The notes under the pieces are model-generated. The model saw nothing but the letters and a program-made list of their open reading frames with translations. It made no database searches and was not told where the DNA came from. From the NCBI GenBank assembly GCA_030167865.1, contig JALAGF010004599.1:62001-126000 (forward strand): a stretch of DNA of 64,000 nucleotides, written 5' to 3'. This DNA is from Craspedostauros australis. Its lineage: Eukaryota. Positions 21,428 to 33,223 of this stretch are shown piece after piece. The translations under genes and the position numbers were made by a program. How positions within the stretch are numbered: position 1 is the stretch's first letter; each line of letters starts with the position of its first letter.

Positions 21428-23542
21428 TTACTCATCTGAATAGTCGTCGTCCGCGTACTCGTATTCATCGCCATCCAACATCTCGGCGACCGGATCGACG
21501 AGCGCCTTGCGGTCGCCTCGTCTTGGCAGACGCCGACGACGTCGCTGTATCCGCAGGGCGATCAAGAATCCCAGGCCGAAGACGCAGATGCACCCAACGC
21601 CGGCGCTGATACCGATGATGAATGCCGCCGCCTCCATGCCGGATCCGCCGCCCGAACCTTCGTAGATCTGGATCGTCTCAGACACCGAGGATTCGCCATT
21701 GTGCGAGCCGTTGGAGCTCTCCCTCTCTCCTCCATGCTCCTTCTTCTCGGGCGTCATCGTGGGTGGCTCCACTGGTGACGTCGATGGAGAGTGGGTTGGG
21801 CTCTTTGTCGTGGGGCGTGCCGTGGGAGATCCGGTTGGTGAACCTGTGGGAGACGCCGTGGGTGATGGGTCAATCGCGGCCATTGTGGGCGCCACAGTTG
21901 GGCCTGCGGTCGCAACCGTCGAGCCATTTCCAGAGTCATTCGTATCGACGACCTCCACTGGACTTGCTGTTGGCTCTGGTGTTGCCTCAACGGCAGTCAA
22001 GATGTCATCGTCGTAGTCCATACCGCTCGTGATGTCCGTGGGCTCATACTCCATGCACTCGTCGTCCTTGAGGATGCATGCGCGTCCTGCTGGGCAGGCA
22101 TTCTCGCACTGGTTCCACAGACCGCAAATTCCTGGCTGGTCAGCCTCTTCGAATGTGAGACAAATGGCGCCCAGGACGCTTCCGAAACTGAGCTCGCCAC
22201 GCAAATCTGCGCCGTTGACAAACAGGGTTGGCGGGAAGATGACCTTCTCCTCACTCGCCGAATTGAGCATTTTCTGCAACAGCAAATTTTCAACATCATC
22301 CTGGAACCCGCCGGTGCTGTCGATGCACGTGTCCACGAGGTTCTTGGCGATACTTGCGTCGGCATACAGAGATTCTGCGCAGGTTGTGCTGTATCGCGAT
22401 CCGCGGCACGTCGAGATCCATTGGCTGACATAATCCCACCAATTTGATCCGATTCCGTTGCTGTTGCCGTAGATCTGCCAGATACATGCTCTGCGCAGAC
22501 TCTCCAGCACCTTCTTTGTTCCGACGTTCTCTCCCTTGGGGTACTCTATATCATCGGAAGGCGCGCAGTATCTGCCTCCATTCGTGCACTTGCCTTCACA
22601 TGCCCCCTCTGCTCGGCATCCCATCGCGGTTCCGTCGAGGAGGAACATCTTGGGTGTGAAGTGAGCCTTCTGCTTGAGGTCGACGGCAGCCTCCTTGAAC
22701 GTCTCGAGAAAGGACTGGCTCAGATTATCATCCGGGGTGGTCCAGAACTTGTAGTGCGCCACGCCATCGAGCGACTTGGGAATTGGCCAGGACAGCTTGA
22801 GGTGCATCAGCGTGCCCTTCATCATCTCTTGCTCCAGCATGTCGGCATCCTGCTTCGCCAGCAGCATGGATGGCACGTTGATGTCGCCGCCGGTGTCGTC
22901 ATCGTCCATCACCGGCTCGTACTTCTCGCATGGCAGATCCGACTGGCAGGTTGGACCGGCATCGCAAAGGCACATGTTGTCCGCGATGATGACGGCCGTG
23001 GCATTGGCCAGCTGCGCGTTTCGCACTTTGGTGACAAAGGAGCAGCCTCCACGGTCGACCATCAGGATGTATCCCTCTTTCGCGATTTCTTCCGGTGTGC
23101 CAGGCGAAGGATCATCATCGCACAGCGATCGCGTGGTGTAGAAGAAGTCTTTCTCGACAGTCAACCCGAACGGGCTCTTTCCGAACAAAGCATCGCGATG
23201 GTCGAGGTCCATCTTCAGATGTTCTGGTGACTGTTGGGAGGAGACGAAGCATTCGCCAGAATAGGAAGAACGTGGTTGTTATGGGAGTATATATGTGGTG
23301 AGCTCAGAGCAAGGACGTGTACGATGTATCTCATCAAACGAGGTGGAAACGCAAACGTGTGGTCGTCAAAGCAATCCGCTCTGGCACAGAAGACACGCAC
23401 GAGGAACCACCGAAATCATGCTGTCACGTACCACGATCTGGAAACGGCTCGTGAATAGATCGTACTTCTCCATGGAGCTCGCCATGGCGGATCGGGCGAT
23501 CAAGCATGCGAGGCATGCGGCGAGACGACGGTGCATGGTCAT
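21428..23542 (-). CDS. Vacuolar sorting receptor (VSR/BP-80)-like type I membrane protein with PA domain and PT-rich stalk
   Basis: Exons 23432-23542 and 21428-23230; intron 23231-23431 (gtacgt...caacag). Signal peptide, DHRDALFG, PA domain ILMVDRGGCSFVTKVRNAQ..ATAVIIADN and PVMDDD, VSR core CTNGGRYCAP and ESLRRACIWQ...WWDYV, TxSP/TxxP repeats, one TM and an acidic tail. Confidence 0.85.
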
Positions 23543-24506
23543 GGTGCAAGGTCGCTTCAGGTCATTCAATATCAATAGATTACTATGGCGGGGTCAGGCG
23601 CGATCCTTGTGTTGCTGATGGTTGTCGATGGTTCCTGTTGCTTGTTTGTTGGATTGTGTTGTTGGAATGCGTCGTTCCATCAACTGTGGTGTGATCACAA
23701 AATTGGTTGTGACAGCGCCAACACAACCGTTGGGAGCAAATTTTGTGAGTAGTAGTACTTCTCACAGAAAAGTTGTGCTTGGCGTGCGCGGTGGAAAGGC
23801 GCACCTCGCGTGTCACAAGAGACATTCTCTGCGAGAAATCGGTTAATGCGCCTCTGCATCCAGGCGAAAGAAGACGTTGAAGACGTTACATTCATACATA
23901 CTCGCACGCAACAAAATGAACAAGTCTTGTGGATGATCAACCACACGACAGAGGTGTGTGAGGGAGCTTCACGCGATTCCGCAAATTACAAACTCAACCG
24001 CAGGTACTCTGCTCGTACGTATTGGTACATGTCTAGTCGTACGTATCATGAATATGTGTCCAAGATGTTCCTCCTCGTATGTACATCCTACTCGCAATGT
24101 GCCATGATCAGGACAGGGAAGACCTGTGTTCGTCAGCCTTGTGCCACTTCGTTTGATTGCATCTGCTCCTCCGAGAATACCACAGTGATTGAAAAGCTGG
24201 TTCCACCAGTATCATGATGATCTGGCTTTGAACTGACACTCTCCATGTTCTATCCAGCAGCCCTCGATTTGCTACGACTAAAGACCGTTTCGACTGGGCA
24301 AAAGATGATCTGAAACCACCTTGTTTCTCACTCTCTCTACAGATATGCGACACACTCCGTTTGGATAGAGTACTCTAAAAGGCTTGCTCTCTAGAGAGTT
24401 CTGCCTTTCATGTTTCGATGATCACGATGCGTTGATTTGCATGTGCGCTTACCCCGCTCACTCCTGTCGAGACCCGTATCAACGCCACGTAGCAGCAACA
24501 CATGCA

Positions 24507-26456
24507 TTACATGTGAACGTTCTTGAGCAACTCGATCCATTCGTCCATCTCATCGTCGTTGCTGGTGCGCAGACTCTGCTTCTTGGTGCGGTTGTTGACA
24601 CCGAACATCTTGGATGCGCTGTTGGCGACCATCGTCTCGGTCAGTTCCACGACGTTCCCGTTGCGTCGCACGGAGCAGTTTCCAAGAATGATGGAATCAA
24701 CCGGCACCAACGATTCGATCCAGCTCTTCTGCGTGTTGCTTGGTGCGGAGTTTGATTTCATTGCTTCGTTGGACTCGATAAGCGCATCCGCGGGCGACAG
24801 CGTTTGGAATACATCCACCGGCGAGGAATCCAGCTTGACGCCTTCGGCAGAGACGTCGAAGAGATGTAGATACGCGTCGGCCGTGATGACAGCCAAGCAG
24901 ATATCCCACACGTTGGTTGTGTCCTTCCGCAGATATTCCAGAATACTCACGCCCGACATCATCTCGCTGGTGAGTGGCGATTCGAGCAGAGGATTGATCT
25001 CATCATCAAATTCGATGTCGGGCTCCATGGGCTTGGACATCGCTCGAAGCTTCTCTGCTCTTTCCGTAATTGCGGACCGGACCGCCCCGTCTATCTCATC
25101 CGGATTAATCGACATTCCCGAAATCTCTTCGAGGATTGGATTCTGCACATTCGGCATGCTGAGGCAGACACGTTGCTGCCTCTGCACGAAGGCCACGAGG
25201 TACTCTCTGAGGTTGGTGCGCCTGCGGCATTCCTCCGATTTCATTCTGGAGAAGAGCCTGGACATCTCGGCATTCCCCTTCTCCCACACAGTGTTTTGAT
25301 ACGATGTTACGACTCGATATTGCATCTCCAACAGCCAGGTGTCCGACTTTTCCTGTGGCTTGGCAGGTGCGACACGATCTCGGCCTAGATTAGCACCAAA
25401 AGCAATTCCTTGTTCTCCAATTGTGTCGAGTGCATGCGTGTTGTACGTATCTGGCGTTGCGATTTGTGAATACGTAGAGAATATGACGCCCGTCATGGAA
25501 TGGAATGGAAGGGACGAGTGTGGCATGTTGCGAAAGTGGTGCCCGTATTGGTCGACAATGCGCAATGTGAATCAAGGATGTGAACATATAGATACGCACG
25601 TGTGAGGTTGCGCGAAAGAGTGCAGTGTATTGGCAAATGTAGGGTCATCGAATTTGAGCCCTCCCTGCCTTTTGGCTTCGCATTGTAGACCATCTTCCAA
25701 ATGATCTCATGGAGAGCAAGAGCAGCCCCAACAGCCGGTCGCAGATAACATCGACAGCAGTGATGATACGGATGCAGATGCAGTCCACAAGAGCATCTGC
25801 ACTGAGATCTGACGTATGTACTCCAGCTGAGAGTGGAGTATAGTAATGCAATGGCACGCACCCCATGACCTGACAACATCTTGCTCCGCCCGCTCCATCT
25901 CCGCAATGATCGCATTCCCCAGCTGCTCCATCTCGTCGAATTCTCCCGTGAGGCTCTGGAAGAGCTGGTCGATCTCGTTGGATATCTCCCCCTCAATGTT
26001 GTTGGCCGTTTCCGAAAGCTGCTCGGACATGATCTTTTGCGACTCGCGGACGCTGGTGAGCACGGAGGCCCTCGCAGCGAAGGCATCGTCGGCGTTGATG
26101 CGTTTCTGGTTGGGCGTCGAACGCGTGTGCGCCAACCGCTTGCGTTGCTTGGGCTTGAGCAGGGCGTTGCCCTTGTCATCCAAGAAGACGTCCTCGTACA
26201 TGGCCATCATGGCATCCGCCAGATTCTGCTGCGCGCGCGACATGCCCAGCACGAGGCGGTGCGCACGGGCCGTCTCCTGCAATCCTGCGGACCACAGGTC
26301 GCAGTACGACTTCCAGTACAGCATCGAGGTGTCCAGCTTGGAGGAGTACGCCAGCCGCCGCTGCGTCTCGTATCTCTTCAGCTTCTGGTGGCTCATCCGC
26401 AGGCTGGCGCCTGTCTGGCCTGGTTGGCCCTTTCCGTTCGATGCGAACGGTGCCAT
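24507..26456 (-). CDS. Helical coiled-coil (BAR-like) plus C-terminal PH-domain protein, ~512 aa
   Basis: Exons 25862-26456 and 24507-25450; intron 25451-25861 (gtgcgt...cgccag) joins DVVRSW-D-TYN in frame. The N-terminal two-thirds are helical. The C-terminus has a PH pattern (LEY....NVWDICLAVITADAYLHLFD...LRTSNDDEMDEWIELLK). Confidence 0.65.
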
Positions 26457-27019
26457 CCTTTGGTCTCCCGTCCTTCCTTCCTTCCTTCTCTCTCTCTCTC
26501 TGTCTGTCTCTCTGTCTTCTGCCTGCTTACTTTGATCTCCTGATTGTTGCCTCTTGCCGCCTTGTCACCTTCAGCGGCAGCGACTCACCAATCCTTGTGC
26601 AACCAAATCGAGCGTGGAATGGAATGTTGCTGTGTGTTGTGGTGTTGCGAGGATGGATTTTCGTGTGTGCACAAACGCAAAACAGACACGATCGCTGTCC
26701 CATCCTCATTCACTATCTCGCGGGATTAATGCCCCGAACAATGAACTGAATCGTGATTGGACGCAATTCAAAAAGCAACCGCTAACGGATTTCTTCATTG
26801 TGTTCGTCTTCATTTTTTACTGCTCTCTCTGTACGAGCACTCGCGCAGTGCTCGCGTTGTGCTTGGATGGCAACATCCTCTCCGTCAACTCCCTTCGCAC
26901 GCATTGCTCTCACAAATCAAAAACGCAACAAGGAAGACATAGAGCGACGGAGATAGAGAGAGAGGAGTACATTACGAGTACAAGTCACCCGACAAACACG
27001 ATCACACACCATAGACAGC

Positions 27020-27940
27020 ATGGAGGAATCGATGATTCGAGTGATCGCACCCGCGACGCTGCAGGAAGGATACGCATTCGATGTGCTGGTGGACGACGAA
27101 CCATTCACAGTCATCGTGCCGGCTGGCGGTGTCAATGAAGGCGAAGAATTCTTCGTGCCGTACGGATGCGATGAGCAGGGTGATCACGAGCATGGTCACG
27201 GTCGTCACCACGACGAGCCTTCGACCTTGGGTGAGGATCGTCATCATCAACATCATCAACATCATCAGCACGGCGGATCCAACAAAGCCCGCTGCAAGAT
27301 GTCCAGGGGTGACAAGTACGATCAAGATCGCGACGATGGCCATGGTCACGATCATGAAAACGACAGCGACAGTGCCGATGGCATGACAGCACCCCTCCCG
27401 TCTTCGTCTGAAGATACGGAAGATATGTTCGACGAACTCGGCGCGCCCCTACGTCGATGGAGAACCGCGCTGTGCTCCTGCTGCGATGTGTACACGCAGT
27501 CCACCTTCTGGATGGCACTGTGCTGCGCACCGGTACTCGTGGCGCAGCTGACGCATCGGTTGGGGTTGACCTGGAAGGGACTTGTGGGATCCAAGGAGGA
27601 AGCATCCCTCGCCTTCAACCGCCTTGTCATCGGCGAGATCATCACGCTGGCGCTCTCCAAGATCCCTGGCATCGGAATCCTCCTGCTCTTTGGTTACCAA
27701 GTCTTCGCAACGATCTGGGTGGGGGCGAACGTGAGACGCTTCGTGCGGCGGAAGTACAAGATTCCAGCCTCGCTGCCCAAGACGTGCGGCTGGGATCGCA
27801 TCGATGATTGCTGCTGCATGGTTTTCTGCGGCTGCTGTTCCACGATCCAGATCGCAAGGCACACCCATGACGATAAGGAGTTTCCCGGACATGGATGCAC
27901 GACATCGGGGCTGGGCATGGACGCTCCGTCCATAGTCTGA
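27020..27940 (+). CDS. PLAC8 (Cys-rich, PCR/FW2.2-like) membrane protein with N-terminal beta-domain and His-rich linker
   Basis: WRTALCSCCD, ALCCAPVLVAQL, RRFVRRKYKIP and DCCCMVFCGCCSTIQIARH motifs. N-terminal VIAPATLQEGYAFDV...VIVPAGGV module. Confidence 0.88.
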   Translation: MEESMIRVIAPATLQEGYAFDVLVDDEPFTVIVPAGGVNEGEEFFVPYGCDEQGDHEHGHGRHHDEPSTLGEDRHHQHHQHHQHGGSNKARCKMSRGDKYDQDRDDGHGHDHENDSDSADGMTAPLPSSSEDTEDMFDELGAPLRRWRTALCSCCDVYTQSTFWMALCCAPVLVAQLTHRLGLTWKGLVGSKEEASLAFNRLVIGEIITLALSKIPGIGILLLFGYQVFATIWVGANVRRFVRRKYKIPASLPKTCGWDRIDDCCCMVFCGCCSTIQIARHTHDDKEFPGHGCTTSGLGMDAPSIV

Positions 27941-28540
27941 ATGCTTCATGGTGACAACGCAGAGTGATGATGAGATGGCATGTGGCAATGATCACCAAGA
28001 CTGATTGCATGGATTTGAAGCCACCTGGGTATCTGCGGCGTGCTGTTACAAGTCGACATCAACGCGCAGCCCATTCATTTCCGCTTCATGTGCGAGCCAA
28101 TCCGATCGTCTTCCACAGGTCAATCAGCACACAGTTTTAGAGGGACGAGTTTTCCACCAACAATACGGACGAGTACAATGAACAGAGGTACCCTGCGAGT
28201 AGGTATTCTATTCAACTCAAAGAAGCGTCACTCCAATCGCACGAGCCACTCGTGCTAAACTTGTACGCACCGTAACGCATAATAGCTTAATAATTGCATG
28301 CTTTTCTTACTATTATAGCAGCTTGTTTAGAATAGAACACTTTTGGGAGTATGTCTACTTTACTGTCATGCATTGATACAAATGAACCATCCAAAAGAGT
28401 GTAGGAGTGTATGGCATGGTGTGGTGTGACACGGTGCGATGCAGACGCGCTTTGGCATTAGAGTATGACCAGGCAGGCACCCATATTTGTATTTGTATTT
28501 GTATTCGTCGAATCATGAGCAATCATCGCTGTATCAGCAA

Positions 28541-31500
28541 CTACACCCCCTTGGGGTTCATGGATTGCCTCGCACCGCCGTCGTTGCGATACGCCCCTGA
28601 GGCCCTTTGGCCCATGTCCGGCGAACTCGCGCCAGCGGCCTTGGCGATGCGGACCACGTCGACCGCGCTGGGCTCCAAGACGTGCTTGTAGATTTGAGAG
28701 CTCAGCTTCTCCCACCGTCCGAACCATTCGTACAGGACCTTGACGAGAGCCTTCCAGGCGCTGGGCACAATGCCGCTCTCCTCGGACAGATGCTTCTCCA
28801 TTCGCGAGTACACGATCCCGATCTTCTCCTTCATCACCTCGCGGTTGCATTCCTTCGTCAATATTCGAATGAAAGTGGCCTTCGGAACGTGGATGGAGAC
28901 GTCGCGATCTCCAACATCACGCCTGATCTTGGCGATGTTGGAGAACAGCCCGTGCGGGACCTTGAACTCGCGTCGGATCATCCAGCCCAAGTACGCGTCG
29001 GTGCTTGATTTGCAGATGCTGGAGGCCTTCGTGAGCTGCTTTTGAAACAGGTTGATCATCTCGGGACCCCTCTTCTTGATGCTCTGCTGGAAGTAGTACG
29101 TGTTCTCCATCTGCATCACGCTGGAGGCGTACTGCTGGTCGGTGGTTTCGCGTTCTGCGCAAATTCGCAGACTGTCGAGCAAGGCCGTTGCCATCTTCTG
29201 GAGGTAGTAGCTCACCACCTTGATGTTGGCAAGGTCTGGAGTAAAGTTCTCCGTCCGTCCTTCGCGGCAGCAAAGCAAGATGTGATCGAGGTAGCAAGGG
29301 AATCGAGAGAAACTCGCAAAGATGCCCGCCCTCTTGCCGCTCACAGGAACTCCAGGGTGACTCCGGATCCAATCGATCTGACGTTCCACCCAGGCAACCC
29401 ATTGCTTGTCCACCTTCTTTCTCAATTCGAGGATCGTAGCACGTGCGTACGCCAGTGAGAGGGAGCTTTCGCCGCCCTGCTTCTCGCGGTCGATGTAGCT
29501 CTCCATGGCCTCGTTGAGGTGGATGGAGGCGACGAGGGACAGCATGGGATCGCCGTAGTACTTGAACCCGCCGTTGGCGCCGTTGTCTCCATCCTCGGCG
29601 ACTCCGCATGTGCGTTGGATGTAATGTCGGAAGTACTGCGCGGAATGATCCACACTCTTCTTCGCGGCTTCGAAGTTGCGCTTCTTCTCGCGTCCGTCCT
29701 TCGCCTTGGAGCTGAGACCGAAGAGCGCAGCGACGAAGAATGACTCGCGGGCAATGATGGGCAACAGCTCGGAGAGTGTGTACTTGATATCCTCGGCGTT
29801 CACGGTCATTTCGTTCGAGTCTTCGAAGGGCATGTAATCCTTCAGGTCCTTCGATGCGTCGTTGAGGTAGGCCGTGTTCTTTCCAGGCAGTGCCTGGAAG
29901 TACCCCTTCATGCGCTTCTTCATGAGGATGCCTTCGGCGACCATCTCGGAATACGCATCCCGGATGGCTGGGAGGAGCTTTTGATTGAGCAGCGACAGCA
30001 CCTCGATGAGCTTGGTGTAGGTCAGCATGGAGCTTTGGAATTGCTTCTGCGTCTCTCGCACCTTCCTTGCGATCATGGTGTGCGTGTCTTGCTTTGAGAC
30101 CTTGCCGTCGTTGCTGTTGGCCAAAACCTCAGTCTTGAACTGTTCCATGATGGTGACGATGATCTGTGCAAGCGCGGTGCAAAAATAATCGGATGTCTGT
30201 GCCAAGGCTTCCACGCGTTCGCTGACTGCCCGCAGATGCAAACCTCCGGCCTTCTCAGCGTGCTCCGTGGCCTCCTGCAGGGCCTTGCCTGCATTGTGGA
30301 TGCGCTTGACACCGTCCTCACTCGCGTCGACGTCGATGCTTCCAGATTCGTTGTACACGAGGGCCGATGCTGGATTGCCAAGGACTTCCTCGAGCTCCTG
30401 GTCGATGACGAGGCCCTTCAGCAGACGGTTCATCTCTGCTCCCAGCATACCGTACGACTTCCACTGCTGCTCCAGCTGCCGGTTCTCCTCCTCGATATCA
30501 CGGCAGTCATCGGTGAGCGGCTTGATGGCGAGGACTCGTTCGTCGAGCCAGACTTCCATTTCATTCAGCTCCTTGTCCAGGGAGTCCAATGTATTGAACA
30601 GATGGGCCAAGGACAGCGCGTCCACCGTGTCTCGATGGGCGCTCTTGGAGAAGATTGACGATCTGCCAGTGACAGAGTAATGCTTCTCATCCTCCCACGC
30701 GATCAACCGTCGGCATGTCTCGGCCTCCAGATCTCTCATGCGACGTTGGAGCATGAGGGAGAGCCGTTCCGCCGCCGTGGCCGCGGCATTCTCCTCGTTG
30801 TTCAGCGATAAGGTCCATTCCGTGGAGTTGAGGATCTCCTCGGCCTCCGCCCGTTCGTCTGCGGAATGGAAGATCGCGACCCTCGTGGCGAAGTTGCCCA
30901 TCATGAGATCGTATGCCATTCCATCGAGGTCGTTCCCGGCCTTTTCCTCATCCTTGCCTTCGCCATCCTTCTGGGGCGCGTCGTCCTTTTCTCTGGCAAC
31001 TTCACGCTGCCGATCGAGCAAGGCGCAGAGAGTGGGCGAGTTCTTCAAAAATTGATTGACCGTGGCAACGTACTGGAGCTCTGCACGATCCAAATTTCGG
31101 ATGTTGAGCGGCGGGAGGAGCACCTTCTCCTTGCCAGCACCCGTGCCCAACGAACTGCGCTCAACCACCGAAACGCAAAGCATGGCATGCACCTGCAACA
31201 GTGACCAAATGAATCGCTCCTTTCGCATGCCAGCTTCGACGGCCTTCTCGTCATCGTCCTCGCTGAAATCGAAGCGCACGGTGTCACCATTCTGGAATGC
31301 AAGCTGCGTGGACGTCGCACTGAGATCCTGCACGGTGGTGAGCTGGTCCATCTCGATGAGCTTGCGGATGTCTGGATTGGAACCGTCGCTGTTCAACGTC
31401 ATGCAGATAAGGACCGGGAAGGAGGAGACCTCAGGTGCCTCCGGCTCTCCCTGCGCTCTATTCCCGATGACATCTCCGTCATTTTCGTCGTCCGAATCGT

Positions 31501-33223
31501 CCATCTCCTTCTCATCATCCAAATCGAAGTCGTCGTTGCCGGGTGCAAACATCTTGTCGTACCCGCCCTCGGCGACCTCCTGCTGCGACGCATCGAGTCT
31601 GGCCTGGCGCGCGCTGCTGGAGACCAAGGGGCGGTTGGTCGACCGCGCGACGATGGCGAAGTAGATCTTGTTCTTCCCCTTGCTTCCCTTGCCGAACAAC
31701 CCCAGGGAACGCTTGTGCTTTGCGTACGCCGCCGGGTTCTCGAGCGCCGATGCCGATATCGATTCGGTTCCCGTGAGTTCAAACGATTTGCACTTGAAGC
31801 ACAGCAAGGTTTCCTGCTGCATCATCGCGATGTTCTCCTCGGCGGTCGCGCCACCGATGGAACGCGGATCCACCTTGAGCGGAGGCAGCACCACCCTGGA
31901 GACGAATTTGGATACCTCCTGTGGATTCTTGGGATCGCTGAGCTTCTGAATTTTCTGCGTGGAGGTTCGTTCCTCCATCTCGACGTGGAAATGCTCGTCC
32001 TCTCCGTGCGTCTTTCGCAGGATTCTGTTCAAGCGGTGCGTACCGGCCGAGGTGAGGATGTGGTTGGCCTTCATTGCCGACTCGTCCATATCCTCCGCAA
32101 TCTGCTGGTCCATGTACACATCGTCGACATCATCGAAGACCTGCTTTCGGTGGTTGGCCTTGTACTTCTCCTTGAGGCCCTTGGTCTTCTTGATGACCTT
32201 GTTGAGGCCCGTGACCTTTCCGGTGAGCTTGGCCGTCGTCTTGGCAGCACCCAGACCGGCCGATCCCATGGTCCTTGCAGCGCCAAAACCGGAGGTTCCG
32301 ACCCTCGTGATTCCCTTGACACCAACCGTCGCTCCCTTTCCGGCCAGCTTGGCCGTGCTTGTCACACCTGGTACAACAGTGTGGGGTAGTGCAGGCATGT
32401 GCGTATGCGCATGCGTATGGAAGGGAGGTGAGTATCAGGCAGGATGGAGTATGTCGTACGCTTTTGCATCGCAGAGTGACAGGCACAGTGGGAAAGCCTG
32501 AGACATGACACATGCGACAAGGAAAGCCATGTTGTAGAACGCAATTCGCAACCATGAATGGTTGCGACAGTGATGTATCTCATGACAAGCAGAGAGAACA
32601 GATGGACTGCGACCATTACTCCACAGCCCACACTCCGCAATCTAACCCGACGGTGCGAGCATTGCAACTTACCCTTGGACGCCAAATGGGCCGTGGATGT
32701 GACTCCCTTCGATGCCACCTTGGTCACTTTGGTGACTCCCTTCGTGGCTCCGCTCACACCCTTGGAGACACCTTTCGTCGCCGTCTGTTGTTCCAGTCAT
32801 TTTTGTTTGCATTGGTGTTGTGTGTTGTGTGTTGTGTGGAGTATTGCGTATTGCGTAGTCCGAGTTTGCGCGTTGCACAAAACAGTGAAGCATGAACATG
32901 GCAATGTCAGGATGGAAGATCGGTTTATGAAGGCAAGGATCATGACGCAACATTGGTGAGTAATTCCATTTCAGAGCAGAGTGGAGTGCTCTACTACTAC
33001 ATGTAGAGAGTTGCCTGCTCTGCTTTGCTCTGCATGCATGACTGCATGGTATGGGAAGCACAAGGTACAGGGTAACAAAGAACACGACCAGGACAACACA
33101 ACGCCAATGGTATCGTGCGAATGCGCATCGATGACGATACGGAAGCCTGGCATTGAGCGCTCGGAATTGACACGGAAAACGGACCTTGACGACGCCTTTG
33201 CCGATTCCTCCAATCTTGTCCAT
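28541..33223 (-). CDS. SEC3: Exocyst complex component Sec3/EXOC1-like, ~1325 aa
   Basis: Exons 33185-33223, 32673-32784 and 28541-32367 (all GT-AG, frame preserved). Sec3 coiled coil ERLSLMLQRRMRDLEAE...LDKELNEMEVWL...IEEENRQLEQQ...LGAEMNRLL. C-terminal MENTYYF and YSRMEKHLSEES...W patterns. Confidence 0.8.

Noticed and set aside
24214-24313. Possible box C/D snoRNA (ATGATGA ... CTGA ... CTGA)
   Set aside because: No terminal stem and no guide long enough to verify by eye. These short boxes are common by chance. A snoRNA or Rfam covariance search would be needed.
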